Below are positions 49,021-59,647 of a stretch of 64,000 bases of DNA, piece by piece (within the stretch, counting starts at the first letter, position 1; each line of letters starts with the position of its first letter). Made by a program: the position numbers and the translations under genes. This stretch comes from an uncultured Methanosarcinales archaeon (GTDB lineage: Archaea; Nanobdellota; Nanobdellia; Woesearchaeales; CAZOXR01). The stretch spans positions 1 through 64,000 of the forward strand of contig CAZMIO010000003.1 in NCBI GenBank assembly GCA_964566535.1, read 5' to 3'. The notes beneath the pieces were generated by a model. It ran no database searches, was not told where the DNA came from, and was given only the letters and a program-made list of their open reading frames with translations.

Positions 49021-49317
49021 CTAAACATATCCCAACTTCCTCAAATATTTCTTAAGATCTTTATACTCTTTATCCCTATCTAAAATACATAACACTTTAA
49101 CGTAAGGCTTATCAACTAGATAAACAACCCTCTTTTCTTTACTATCATCCTCAAAACGTATTCTGAATAAGAATAATTTATAACCATGAACTCTTTTAAA
49201 TCGAAAAGGATTTATTTTAGCCAGATTCAATTTCTCTTCAATAAGCTTAGCAGCTTCATCACCCAATTCATCAATTTGTTCTAAAAAAAAATAAGATGGT
49301 TTCAATATAAACTCCAT
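49021..49317 (-). CDS. RelE-like toxin
   Basis: NPFRFK, FRIRF, RVVY; directly downstream of RHH gene. Confidence 0.65.
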   Translation of the reverse strand: MEFILKPSYFFLEQIDELGDEAAKLIEEKLNLAKINPFRFKRVHGYKLFLFRIRFEDDSKEKRVVYLVDKPYVKVLCILDRDKEYKDLKKYLRKLGYV

Positions 49318-49320
49318 CTT

Positions 49321-49566
49321 TTACTTTCTCCTAAGTTTCTTAAATAATTCCTCTTCAGTTCCATAAAGATTCTTTTTTTCACTAACTTCAACAAGTTTCT
49401 TTACAAGAGACAATTCTTCTTTAGAAATCTCGGGTTCATCAAATAATTTTTCCCTAAGAGTTTCTTTAATAAACTCCTGAATTGTACCAAATCCATGTTC
49501 TTCAGCATAAACCTTAGCCGAAACAGTAAGCTTCTTAGGAAGCCTTAAATTTACTTGTGTATTCAT
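49321..49566 (-). CDS. Ribbon-helix-helix antitoxin-like protein
   Basis: MNTQVNLRLP..QEFIKETLREK; ATG 49566 ~25 bp after TATA. Confidence 0.7.
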   Translation of the reverse strand: MNTQVNLRLPKKLTVSAKVYAEEHGFGTIQEFIKETLREKLFDEPEISKEELSLVKKLVEVSEKKNLYGTEEELFKKLRRK

Positions 49567-49604
49567 GGTATCTATAGATACCAATTGGTATATAAACCTT
49601 TCGG
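49567..49604 (-). promoter_or_regulatory. Promoter with overlapping palindromic operators
   Basis: GGTATCTATAGATACC (49567..49582) and TACCAATTGGTA (49579..49590) beside CCGAAAGGTTTATATA. Confidence 0.65.
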
Positions 49605-49607
49605 TTC

Positions 49608-50300
49608 TTACCTCTTCTCCTCCAACCTAATTATCTGATCAATCTCCTTCCTAGAAACAGAACAACCATTCAGCTTAACACCCCAAAGAACAGAATCAAG
49701 TAAAACTCTCCTAGGATTCTTAACCTTGGCTATAAACTTATCAAGCATTCCAAACTCATAAGCCATTGTAACTAACTCAACAGACCTTATAACCTTAACA
49801 TTCTCAACCAACTTATTAAACTCTTTAAGATTTCCAGTATCCACGTCTATTCTTGTATGTAGTTTTCGAGCTAGAATTTGAGCCAACCGTTTAGGATTCT
49901 CAACTAACATCCTAGTAGTCCGCTCATCAACAACAATTGCATCAGAATTCATAATTAAACACGCAGCTAAACAACCCATCTCACCTGAGTGGACTATTTT
50001 TAAGAAATTCCCTCTAGCCTTAAAGCAGCTATTAGCCAATTCAAGCAACTCATCAGTTTTCTTCTTAATTCGACTATCTTCAATAACCTCAATAATCCCT
50101 TTATCAATATAACGAAGAACTTGCAAAGCTTCAAACTCAAATCTCTTAATAGTCAACGGCCTGTCAACCAACTCCCCTTTAACTGTCGAAGTAATAAAAA
50201 ATTTCCCTTTATACTTCTCCTCAAGCTCCCGCAAAGTCCACAAAAGATTATTCATAGTTAAGCTAATCACAGGACCAGCATCAAATATTAGGGACCTCAT
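49608..50300 (-). CDS. PIN-domain-like protein
   Basis: IFDAGPVISL, V..EL, HSGE, VVDERTTR. Confidence 0.65.
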   Translation of the reverse strand: MRSLIFDAGPVISLTMNNLLWTLRELEEKYKGKFFITSTVKGELVDRPLTIKRFEFEALQVLRYIDKGIIEVIEDSRIKKKTDELLELANSCFKARGNFLKIVHSGEMGCLAACLIMNSDAIVVDERTTRMLVENPKRLAQILARKLHTRIDVDTGNLKEFNKLVENVKVIRSVELVTMAYEFGMLDKFIAKVKNPRRVLLDSVLWGVKLNGCSVSRKEIDQIIRLEEKR

Positions 50301-50854
50301 CTAAATATACCTCTTACAAACTCTAACCTAGACCTAATACTAACTGGATCTTGAAGCGGCAAATCAGCAATACTAGTTTTCCCAATATATCTCATAAGTT
50401 CCCATTCAGAAACTCCTAAAATAAAAGAAGCCCTTGCCATAGAAATCCCATGCTCATACAATTTAGAACCCTTCTTAATCTGAGCTTGATTAATAACCTC
50501 CTCAATATACATCTTCAGTTTAGAATCAATAGTTGAGATAAACTTAAATGATTTCTTAATTGTTTTTCTATACTTGTCAATATTATTTATCTCCAAACAT
50601 TTAGAAGCCACCTTAAGCAGACTGATCACACTGTTATAGTCAAGTCCCCCTTGCTTCCTCTCACAAATCTTAGATAAAGAATAAACTAATATCGCAATAG
50701 AGACAGAATCCTCATCTTGGTAGATACTCGCATTATGGATTGTATGGTTACTAAGCTCCCTAATCTCAACAATATCCTTATCCTCTTTTACTCTAAGTAT
50801 CTTAATTATCTCAGACAAAATAGAAAGTATATCTCTCTTTATTGTATCATTCAT
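50297..50854 (-). CDS. Hypothetical protein, partner of PIN protein (C-terminal HTH-like)
   Basis: LYEHGISMARASFILGVSEWEL; ATGA overlap. Confidence 0.6.
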   Translation of the reverse strand: MNDTIKRDILSILSEIIKILRVKEDKDIVEIRELSNHTIHNASIYQDEDSVSIAILVYSLSKICERKQGGLDYNSVISLLKVASKCLEINNIDKYRKTIKKSFKFISTIDSKLKMYIEEVINQAQIKKGSKLYEHGISMARASFILGVSEWELMRYIGKTSIADLPLQDPVSIRSRLEFVRGIFR

Positions 50855-50951
50855 TAACTGATTCTTTATTTTATTATTATATAAATGTTTTGGGAGAGAA
50901 AACTAAGTGGTAATAATAAGGTTTATAAAGTATATTAGACCACTAAATCCT

Positions 50952-51203
50952 ATGAGCTTGACTACAAGATTAAGAGAAGCACACCACGCAGGGTTGGGAG
51001 GATACCAAGAGTATCTTGAAACAAAGACGAGGCATACATTTGAGGATGTTGCCAGAGAACTAGTTAGTGAATACGTTCCTGAGAAGAGAACGTCACTCTT
51101 AGGATTGCCCTACGAAACTTTTATTGGTGGTCCTGCTGCATATGTGAAAGCCTTCTATTCCGCATTATCTGATAATCCTGATACAGATACAGCACCTAGA
51201 TAA
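50952..51203 (+). CDS. Hypothetical protein
   Basis: ATG ~25 bp after TTTATAAA (track start 50907). Confidence 0.5.
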   Translation: MSLTTRLREAHHAGLGGYQEYLETKTRHTFEDVARELVSEYVPEKRTSLLGLPYETFIGGPAAYVKAFYSALSDNPDTDTAPR

Positions 51204-51270
51204 GACTTTCTCTCAGTTACGTTTAACAACAGAAAACATTATAAACCTTTTTCTCCAAAATTAAATTAAC

Positions 51271-52680
51271 ATGGTGTTTAGAAGAAATATTTCCATCATC
51301 CTACTCTTATTACTCTTCCCAACTTTAGCATTAGCCCAAAAAGAAGAAATAACGCCCATGGCAAACTTCTATGCAGATTATGTAGATCTATTCGGGGAAC
51401 CACCTAAAGTATTAATCCTAAACAAACAAAGAATTGACTTAGCAAAAGCAGCCTACTTATTCTCATCAGTATTAGCAGACAAACCAATAAAAGAAATTAG
51501 GATAAAGGGCTACAATGACAATTTCGTAACAACAAATGAAGTAGAAATAAGAAAGCAAGACATAATCAGAGCAGCCAAACTTTACTCAGATTACATAGAA
51601 AAAAACAGAGAACTTCCCTACTTAGTCAAGATTAACAAAGCTCTAGTCTCAAACTCAGATTTCATCTACCTCTTAGCAGACACATTAAGGTCAAACAAAG
51701 AAATAACAACAAATAAAAAACTCTATTTCGAAAAAACAATAGATTGGAACTCTAAACTAACCTTATTCAAACCCCAAAAGATACTATTTACAGTTGATTA
51801 CGAATCAGACAGACCAGTTTATTCTAAGGACGACCCATTATACAAAAATCCAGAAACAGCAAATGATGTAGCAGTCTCTCCACTAACTCAAGAAAATATC
51901 TGCTACAAAGAATTCTGCACCTTACCTGATAACAACACCTACACCTCAGCAGAAGTTGCATGGTTCACAGAAATCAGGGACAAAGAAGGTAACACATTAG
52001 CTCCAGAATGTTACCCTTACTGCGGAACCTTAAATGCAACTGATTTAATAATCGATGATTTCGTAAATAGATATAATTTCCCCCTTCTTTGGTTCATGAC
52101 AGGCAGAAGCATAATTGCATTAGCAAAAGACAATAGACATATAGACAAAATAAAAGACCTAGAAAAAAATAACCAGATAGCATTAGGCTTACATACAATG
52201 TATCACTCTAATCTAAACAAAGTCTCAGATAATTTCCTAGAAAGAACCTTAAACGAAAACAATAACTTATTCAAATCAGTCTTTAACCTAACTCCTGTTG
52301 AGTTCAGAACGCCATACTTGGACATTTCAAAAGAAAATAAACATATACAACTCTTAAAATCACTAAACATCCAATCAGACAACGAAGTATCCTTAATAGA
52401 TCCTCATTGCTATTACAAATACAAGTGCAATTATGAATTCAGCATAGATGGTGTAAAGATAGCTAGAATTGACTGGAGATACAATGAATCAGACCCTTTC
52501 CTAAATATCTTCCTCATTCATCCATGGAATGTAATCCTGGAAGAAACAGGCTCTCCAATACATTTGGAGTTCTCAGAAGATGCAAAAATGAATGCATTTA
52601 AAAATTGGATTAGATTAACTGGCAAATATGGCTTAGTTCCAGTCTTGCCAAAAGAGGTTTATGATGAAAAAAGACCATAA
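51271..52680 (+). CDS. Secreted polysaccharide deacetylase (NodB-like) with N-terminal pseudomurein-binding-like repeats
   Basis: Signal peptide; FTVDYE, LGLHTMYH, FRTPY, LIHPW; A..Y.DY.....PP/LP repeats. Confidence 0.65.
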   Translation: MVFRRNISIILLLLLFPTLALAQKEEITPMANFYADYVDLFGEPPKVLILNKQRIDLAKAAYLFSSVLADKPIKEIRIKGYNDNFVTTNEVEIRKQDIIRAAKLYSDYIEKNRELPYLVKINKALVSNSDFIYLLADTLRSNKEITTNKKLYFEKTIDWNSKLTLFKPQKILFTVDYESDRPVYSKDDPLYKNPETANDVAVSPLTQENICYKEFCTLPDNNTYTSAEVAWFTEIRDKEGNTLAPECYPYCGTLNATDLIIDDFVNRYNFPLLWFMTGRSIIALAKDNRHIDKIKDLEKNNQIALGLHTMYHSNLNKVSDNFLERTLNENNNLFKSVFNLTPVEFRTPYLDISKENKHIQLLKSLNIQSDNEVSLIDPHCYYKYKCNYEFSIDGVKIARIDWRYNESDPFLNIFLIHPWNVILEETGSPIHLEFSEDAKMNAFKNWIRLTGKYGLVPVLPKEVYDEKRP

Positions 52681-53224
52681 GGTGATACTACTTATTGTAT
52701 TAATAGTCATCATAACATCAGTCTACTTTACCTTAACATACCGACGAGTAGACATCATAGGAAGGCAAGACAACCCAGTAAAAAACTTCTTCTTCAAACT
52801 ATTCAACAAAGATTTCGCAGAAAAAGAACAACTCCCAGAGGGAGTAAAACCCTCACCACCAAGATTAATTGACAAGCTGCAAAAAAAAGAATTCTTTGCA
52901 ATAGACTACAACAATCTATACCTAAAAGAACAACCAAACCCCATATCTCTAAACTGTTTACAGCAAAACAACTTCATAATAACTTTAGGCAACAGCGGAG
53001 AAAACATAATCTCTGACATTAAGTTCTCAGTAGAAGAAAACTCGCCACTAATATTTGAATTCCCAGAAAATATAGTAATCCCACCTAATTCAGTCAAAGA
53101 AACAACGATATTTGTTGTAGCAGACTGTTCAAAACCAATTACTAAACAACTCACTCCAAAAATAACAATTGCAAATAAAATTGAATTCATTATTCCAATA
53201 ACAATAGATGAAAGACTAGAATAA
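52661..53224 (+). CDS. Membrane-anchored Ig-like protein
   Basis: N-terminal TM, LGNSGE..I.PNS beta-rich domain. Confidence 0.55.
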   Translation: MMKKDHKVILLIVLIVIITSVYFTLTYRRVDIIGRQDNPVKNFFFKLFNKDFAEKEQLPEGVKPSPPRLIDKLQKKEFFAIDYNNLYLKEQPNPISLNCLQQNNFIITLGNSGENIISDIKFSVEENSPLIFEFPENIVIPPNSVKETTIFVVADCSKPITKQLTPKITIANKIEFIIPITIDERLE

Positions 53225-53225
53225 A

Positions 53226-54215
53226 ATGGAAAAAAGAATCCTCTTCTTAGACTTTTTCAGGGGCTTTGCAATACTCCATATGATATTCTGGCAAATCTTC
53301 GATTTCTTTGCTAAAGTAAATATCTATTCAACACCTCCATTCTATTCAATTTTCTTAGGAATGCCAGTAAACGGAATTGGAGTTGGTTTTTTCGCATTCA
53401 TAAGCGGCTTCTCAATCTATCTCTCAATAAACAAAAGAAAAGAAGAACCTAAATCACAAATCATCAACCACCTCTTCAAAAGATACGGAACTTACATACT
53501 ATTAGCCCTAATCCTAAGTTTGTGGGCTTTTAACTTCAGCACATTCTATATGTGGAACGAAGCAGTGCAGGGAATTGCTTTATCCGCATTAATAGCAGGA
53601 ATATTATTAATCTCATTCAAATCAGTATACCCTCCAACTATATTTGCAATAATTATAATTATGTCTCAAAAATTCTTAAGGGACTTAGCATTAAATTACC
53701 CGTCCCTTAACATAATCCTAAATCCATTATTCAATGGATTCTTCTCATTAGCCCACCTCCTGCCAATATCATTAGCAGGTGCATTAATAGCTTACCTTTA
53801 CCTAAACTTCAAAAAAGATAAATTCCTAAATTACTCTCTTTGGATATGTCTAATAACTCTACTGCACTCTTTATTCGCCCACATATTAACCACTCAGATA
53901 AACTACGACCAAAGATCATCATCATACCTTACTTTCATAATCGGAATCTCAATATTATTCTTGTTAGTAACATACTTAATCATAAAACAAAACCCCTTCA
54001 GTGAAGCAATCTCCCTATTCGGACAAACAGCACTATTCGCCTACTTTGTCCACTTCGCACTAATCTTCAAACCACTTCAACTAATAGGATTAACAAACAT
54101 ATTCTCTACAACAATCTCTGTCTTCATAGCAATCATCCTTACAATCATGCTTTACTTCTTATCAAAAGAATGGTTGAAACTAAAAGAAAAGAATAAATGG
54201 AAATTGGTTTTCTAG
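53226..54215 (+). CDS. Multi-TM acyltransferase (DUF1624/HGSNAT-like)
   Basis: RILFLDFFRGFAILHMI, FAFISGFS, FGQTALFAYFVH. Confidence 0.75.
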   Translation: MEKRILFLDFFRGFAILHMIFWQIFDFFAKVNIYSTPPFYSIFLGMPVNGIGVGFFAFISGFSIYLSINKRKEEPKSQIINHLFKRYGTYILLALILSLWAFNFSTFYMWNEAVQGIALSALIAGILLISFKSVYPPTIFAIIIIMSQKFLRDLALNYPSLNIILNPLFNGFFSLAHLLPISLAGALIAYLYLNFKKDKFLNYSLWICLITLLHSLFAHILTTQINYDQRSSSYLTFIIGISILFLLVTYLIIKQNPFSEAISLFGQTALFAYFVHFALIFKPLQLIGLTNIFSTTISVFIAIILTIMLYFLSKEWLKLKEKNKWKLVF

Positions 54216-54252
54216 GGCAAGCTTTTTAAGTAAATTTACGTTCCTATACCTT

Positions 54253-54918
54253 ATGGCAGAATGTAGATCCATCTATGAATTGGGTGATTTAAGGGGAGAA
54301 AGCAGAGAATTATCTATAATGACAGACGCCCCTTTCTTCACAGAGAAGGCTCTAAATGAAGATCCATTATTGAGGGCCCTTACTAGAGAACAAGTAGTTG
54401 AGTTAATTAGACCAACTGTGGTACAATTTAGAGGAGATTCAGAAGATGGAAGATATGAATATTCTAGTTATTTTCCTAGGGGTGTATGTGGTGAAGCTAG
54501 AGAGTATTTACTCCCTCTTCTTGAAGCAGAAGGGTTTTTTGTTGTATGTAGAGTTTTTGAAACACATACTCCTGGATTTCAAAGGGTGGCTACTATAGGT
54601 GACTTAATCATCGATCCTACTGTAGATGCGGATGGAGGAGACGTTGAAGATAAAGTTTATATTGGTCCGCAGAATGATAGATATAAAGATATTACTTCAC
54701 CTGAACAGTTCGAGAGGATAGCGTTAAGTTACTGGGATGCGGATCATATAATTTATTTTAATCATGGGGGATTTTTCTTAGAAAGACCTTATGGTTCGAG
54801 TTCCGGATCATTGCTTATTCCATTACCTGGTCAAGTACCAACCAATCTATTTGATACTCTAAAGGAGTATATTATTGAAAAAACTACTGAAAGATTTAAA
54901 AAACCAGGAGTAACTTAG
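54253..54918 (+). CDS. Hypothetical protein
   Basis: 221-aa ORF with atypical codons. Confidence 0.6.
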   Translation: MAECRSIYELGDLRGESRELSIMTDAPFFTEKALNEDPLLRALTREQVVELIRPTVVQFRGDSEDGRYEYSSYFPRGVCGEAREYLLPLLEAEGFFVVCRVFETHTPGFQRVATIGDLIIDPTVDADGGDVEDKVYIGPQNDRYKDITSPEQFERIALSYWDADHIIYFNHGGFFLERPYGSSSGSLLIPLPGQVPTNLFDTLKEYIIEKTTERFKKPGVT

Positions 54919-55054
54919 TATTTCTAGTTGTTTTATAATCCAATGATTATTTTTCCGTATTTTACGGACAATACAGACTTATGCTAGATAAATTTACTCC
55001 CAATAAAAAACAAAATCTTTTTATATCTACCCTCTAATCTAAAATTGACAAAAA

Positions 55055-57400
55055 ATGGGGGAAGTTGACACAAACTTAGTGAACATCACAGAACTTTCAG
55101 ATAATGAGCTACAAGATTTCTTAAAACAGAACGGAATTTCTTTAAAATTAGACGAAGCGAAGAAGATTACAAAACTTATCGGTAGAAACCCTACACTTAC
55201 CGAACTCCACATCTTCAACATAGAGTGGTCAGAACACTGCTCCTACAAAAGCAGTAAGAAAATTCTTCAAAAATTTCTGCCAACCGAAGGACCAACAGTA
55301 ATCCAAGGGCCAGCAGAAGATGCAGGAATTATAAAGTTCACCGACCATAACAACGAAAAATACGGAATCGTTATGGCACATGAATCACATAACCATCCTT
55401 CCCAAGTTGTACCGTACGAAGGAGCAGCAACAGGAGTTGGCGGAATAATAAGAGACGTTCTTTGCATGGGAGCAAGAATAATTGCAACAGCAGACCCATT
55501 AAGGTTCGGTGATCCAAATGGAAAAAACAAACAAAGAACAAAATACATCGCAAATTCAGTAATTGACGGAATTGCTGGCTATGGGAATCCATTAGGCATC
55601 CCAAATATTGGAGGAGACGTTTACTTTTCAGACTCATTCGATGATAACTGTATAGTCAATGTAGTATCCTTAGGCATAATAAAAGAAAAAGAAATTATCC
55701 ACTCAAAAGCTCCAAAAAACGCAGAAGATTACGATGTAGTAATCGTAGGAAAAGCAACTGACAACTCAGGTTTTGGCGGAGCAGCATTCGCATCATTAAT
55801 TCTAGATGAAGGAGAAGAAGAGTTCAACAAAGGAGCAGTGCAAGTTCCAGATCCATTCCTAAAAAACATCCTAGTCAGAGCAACCGAAGCAGTTTTCAAA
55901 GAAGCAAGAAAGAAAAACATCACTTTAGGATTTAAAGACATGGGAGCAGGAGGAATAATGTGCGCATCATCTGAACTTTGCGAATCAGGCGGTTTTGGAG
56001 CAGACTTAGACATAGATAAAGTACACACTTCAATGAAAATTCCTCCTTACATAACAGCTTGCGGAGAAACACAAGAAAGATTTACTTGGATATCTCCTAA
56101 AGAATTTACTCCCACTATCCTAAAGATTTACAACGAAGATTTCGAACTTCCAAACGTAGCAGAAGGCGCAAGAGCATCAGTAATAGGAAAAGTAACAAAA
56201 AGTAAAGACTACATCTTAAAACACAAAAACAAAACAATCTGCAATGTCCCCGTAGAAACAATCACAAAAGGAATTCTCTATGACAGACCATCAAAAAAAG
56301 CAAAAAAAGAATTCAAAGAACCTAACTTAAAAGAACCATCTAACTACAACAAAGCAGTATTAGAAATTCTCTCACATCCAAATGTAGCATCAAAAGCACC
56401 AGCCTACAAACATTACGATACAGAAGTTCAAGGCCTAGCAGTAATAAGACCAGGAGAAGCAGACGCAGGAGTACAAGCACCATTACCAGGTTCCAAAGCA
56501 GGAATTGCACTATCAACAGACTGCAATCCAAATTACACAAAGATTGATCCCTATCACGGCGCAATAAACGCAGTCGCAGAAGCAATGAGAAATGTAGCAG
56601 CAGTAGGAGCAGTCCCATACGGAATGACAGACTGCCTAAACTTCGGAAATCCAGAAAAACCAGAAGCATTCTCAGAATTCCTAGAGTCTGTCAAAGGAAT
56701 TGCAGATGCCGCAAAAAACATCTATGTCAAAGGAACCAAAGACCCAGTTCCATTCGTCTCAGGAAACGTTTCATTCTACAACGAATCAGTAACCGGAAAG
56801 TCAATTGACCCTTCTCCAATAATAGCTTGCTTAGGAGTCTTAGAAGACTATTCAAAATCAATAACCATGAAGATAAAAAAACCATCCTCAACAATTTTCA
56901 TGGTTGGGCAAAGAAAAGATGAGCTTGGAGGTTCTGTATACTACCTAACCAACAACGAAATAGGAAAAAACATCCCAATCATAGACTTCAAAAATGAAAG
57001 AGCAATGATTTACTCAATCATAGACTCAATAGAAAACGAACTATTACTATCCTGCCACGACATATCAGATGGTGGATTAATAACTTCAATTTCAGAAATG
57101 ATTCTAGGCGGAGAAGCAGACGGAAAAATAGGCGTTAAGATAGACTTAAACTTTTCAGATCTAAGACCAGACAAATCCTTATTCTCAGAAACATCAGGAT
57201 TCGTTTTCGAAGTTGAAGATAAAAATGTTGAAGAAGTTGAAAAGATATTCAAAAAACACGATTTAGAAATAATAAAAATTGGAAATACAATTGATGATAA
57301 TAAATTAACGATTAATAAAGATGGAAAGAATATAATCAATTTAAAAATCAATGAACTAAAACAAGCCTGGACAACCGGCTTCCTAAACGCAATAAAATGA
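55055..57400 (+). CDS. purL: FGAM synthase subunit PurL
   Basis: WSEHCSYKSS, ESHNHPS, GAATGVGGIIRD, DCLNFGNPE, HDISDGG. Confidence 0.97.
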   Translation: MGEVDTNLVNITELSDNELQDFLKQNGISLKLDEAKKITKLIGRNPTLTELHIFNIEWSEHCSYKSSKKILQKFLPTEGPTVIQGPAEDAGIIKFTDHNNEKYGIVMAHESHNHPSQVVPYEGAATGVGGIIRDVLCMGARIIATADPLRFGDPNGKNKQRTKYIANSVIDGIAGYGNPLGIPNIGGDVYFSDSFDDNCIVNVVSLGIIKEKEIIHSKAPKNAEDYDVVIVGKATDNSGFGGAAFASLILDEGEEEFNKGAVQVPDPFLKNILVRATEAVFKEARKKNITLGFKDMGAGGIMCASSELCESGGFGADLDIDKVHTSMKIPPYITACGETQERFTWISPKEFTPTILKIYNEDFELPNVAEGARASVIGKVTKSKDYILKHKNKTICNVPVETITKGILYDRPSKKAKKEFKEPNLKEPSNYNKAVLEILSHPNVASKAPAYKHYDTEVQGLAVIRPGEADAGVQAPLPGSKAGIALSTDCNPNYTKIDPYHGAINAVAEAMRNVAAVGAVPYGMTDCLNFGNPEKPEAFSEFLESVKGIADAAKNIYVKGTKDPVPFVSGNVSFYNESVTGKSIDPSPIIACLGVLEDYSKSITMKIKKPSSTIFMVGQRKDELGGSVYYLTNNEIGKNIPIIDFKNERAMIYSIIDSIENELLLSCHDISDGGLITSISEMILGGEADGKIGVKIDLNFSDLRPDKSLFSETSGFVFEVEDKNVEEVEKIFKKHDLEIIKIGNTIDDNKLTINKDGKNIINLKINELKQAWTTGFLNAIK

Positions 57401-58173
57401 CAAAATCAAACATAGCAGTAATAATGTTTCCAGGAAACAATTGCGAAAACGAAACGCTAAGAGCCGCACAAGCAGTAGGCATGACAGGAAAAGTACTTAG
57501 ATGGAACACTAAAGAAAAACTAGAAGATTACGATGGTTACATCTTACCAGGTGGCTGGGCATATGAAGACCGAGTTAGAGCAGGAATCATACCAGCCCTA
57601 GATCCTATAATGGACACCATAAAAGAACAAGCAAAAGCCGGAAAACCAGTCTTAGGAATCTGCAATGGCTGTCAAGTTCTAATCGAAACTGGAATGATAC
57701 CTGGAATTAAAGACAAAGTTCAGATGGCACTAGCCCCAAACATCAACCCCTTAGTAAACGGCTTCTATTGCACATGGGTAACCATCAAAAACACCGGCAA
57801 ACCAACAGCCTTCACAAACAGGTTAGAAGGCGAAGACATAATTCCAATTCCAATCGCTCATGGAGAAGGACGTTTCGTAACAAAAGACAAAGACCTACTA
57901 AAAGAATTAATCAAAAACGAACAAATAATCTTCCAATACTCAGACAAAGAAGGAAACATAGACAAAAACTTCCCAGTTAACCCAAACAGTTCAATCGAAA
58001 ACATAGCTGGAATCAGCAACAAAAAGGGAAACGTCCTAGGTATGATGCCTCATCCAGAAAGAGCAACCTGGATAAGACAACTACCAGAAAAACCAAACAA
58101 AGACATGGACTCCCTAGCACCAGCTGCAGGAATCTTCAAATCAATGAAACATTCAATAGAAAAATCAAACTAA
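57397..58173 (+). CDS. purQ: FGAM synthase glutaminase subunit PurQ
   Basis: FPGNNCE, LGICNGCQ, AHGEGRF, MMPHPER. Confidence 0.96.
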   Translation: MTKSNIAVIMFPGNNCENETLRAAQAVGMTGKVLRWNTKEKLEDYDGYILPGGWAYEDRVRAGIIPALDPIMDTIKEQAKAGKPVLGICNGCQVLIETGMIPGIKDKVQMALAPNINPLVNGFYCTWVTIKNTGKPTAFTNRLEGEDIIPIPIAHGEGRFVTKDKDLLKELIKNEQIIFQYSDKEGNIDKNFPVNPNSSIENIAGISNKKGNVLGMMPHPERATWIRQLPEKPNKDMDSLAPAAGIFKSMKHSIEKSN

Positions 58174-58174
58174 A

Positions 58175-58660
58175 ATGAACCAAATAGAATTAATTGTTGG
58201 ACTTAAAATACCAGACACAACAGCTATAACTACATTCCACACTCTAGAAAAACTAAATTTCAGAGAACTAAAAAAACTAAAAAGAGAAATCTACTACAAA
58301 TTCACAACAGACGAACAATTAGACAAATTCTCAGAAAAGATTGGAAAAGTAGATATCTTAGTCAACGCAAACAAAAACAAGTACATAACTAAAAAACCAG
58401 AAGAAGACTTCGATGAACCTATAAGCAACTCAATCCCAATAAAAATCCTGGTAAAAGACCTAGAACCAAACGAATCACTCTTAGAAACCCTACAAAACAG
58501 ACTAGGACTAAAACAAATAAAAAAGCTAGAAAACGGAATATTATGGACTCTATACATAGAAAAAGACAATATTCAAGAAGCAACTAAGTTCGCAGACATA
58601 ATAACGAAAAAATTATTATATAATGAACATTATCAAGAATTTAAAATTCTATCTCACTGA
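58175..58660 (+). CDS. purS: PurS-like subunit (double-length)
   Basis: Follows purLQ; LKIPD..T, LVNAN and LLYNEHYQ halves. Confidence 0.7.
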   Translation: MNQIELIVGLKIPDTTAITTFHTLEKLNFRELKKLKREIYYKFTTDEQLDKFSEKIGKVDILVNANKNKYITKKPEEDFDEPISNSIPIKILVKDLEPNESLLETLQNRLGLKQIKKLENGILWTLYIEKDNIQEATKFADIITKKLLYNEHYQEFKILSH

Positions 58661-59556
58661 GTTAACTCAAAAATTCTTCTTTGTACTGCAATTAATCTTT
58701 TTACATCTGCCATATACGTATCTTTGTCCTCTCTGTCAAAAGCTAAAGATCCATCAAGTTCTCTTGCTTCTTCCCTTGTGAGGCCAACATCTCCATATTC
58801 TAGATATCCTCCATTCATAATATCGAGAAGAGGGGCATTAGCCAATTCAACGTAAAAAAGTCCAGTCCCCTCAACTCTATGCAAATGCCTATAATTAATT
58901 TCTAAGTCACGAACAGCATAATAATGATCTCCTTCTCTTTTTGGCAGACCCCTTATTTTGTCATCTCTCCACATAGGACCAACAACTTCTTCATACAAAT
59001 CATGAATCCTTCCCTCAAATGCTTCACCAGTAGCAACTGCCCAGAAAAGAGTATGAACAGCATCTTCAATTTCCCTAACAAGATCAATTTTCCTAGTAGT
59101 AAGCATTCTAGCATAAGCAGCACCAGTAGGCACCAACTGCCAAACACCATCACATTTTGACCTTATATATTCATCATCTTCAGCTATTAATTCTCCTAAC
59201 GTGTGTGAACTACCCTTCACACCAGTCACAAAGGCTCCTTTTAATTTATCTCTCTGGAAATAATTCCAAAAATCTCTTGACCCATCTAGGTCATATTTTG
59301 AACATAATCCTCCAAAGAACATACCTCTCTCATCATGGCCCTCTGGACTAGCTTCAAAATTATCTTCCAAAAGCGGGAGTCCAGTTAAATATCTAGCAAG
59401 GTATTCAAACTGAGACTGGACCAAGGGACTATCATGGAAATGAGAAAAATCAACATCTGGAACTGAATCATGTCTAGGATCATGCTTCTGAACAAAATGC
59501 CTTCTAAACTCTCCATCCCGTTCTAGTATTTCTTCTATTTCTAAATCACTTCTCAT
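58654..59556 (-). CDS. Hypothetical protein
   Basis: 300-aa ORF inserted opposite to purine genes. Confidence 0.65.
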   Translation of the reverse strand: MRSDLEIEEILERDGEFRRHFVQKHDPRHDSVPDVDFSHFHDSPLVQSQFEYLARYLTGLPLLEDNFEASPEGHDERGMFFGGLCSKYDLDGSRDFWNYFQRDKLKGAFVTGVKGSSHTLGELIAEDDEYIRSKCDGVWQLVPTGAAYARMLTTRKIDLVREIEDAVHTLFWAVATGEAFEGRIHDLYEEVVGPMWRDDKIRGLPKREGDHYYAVRDLEINYRHLHRVEGTGLFYVELANAPLLDIMNGGYLEYGDVGLTREEARELDGSLAFDREDKDTYMADVKRLIAVQRRIFELTQ

Positions 59557-59647
59557 ACTACAAAAGACAACTCAACTCGTTATTTAAATATTATTATCTT
59601 AGATTATTGACAAAAAATATTTAAATCAAATAGCTTTTATTAAAAAA

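Noticed and set aside
54253..54918. Transglutaminase/papain-like Cys-His-Asp triad (VCGE..H..IIDPT)
   Set aside because: His spacing unconvincing without a profile search.
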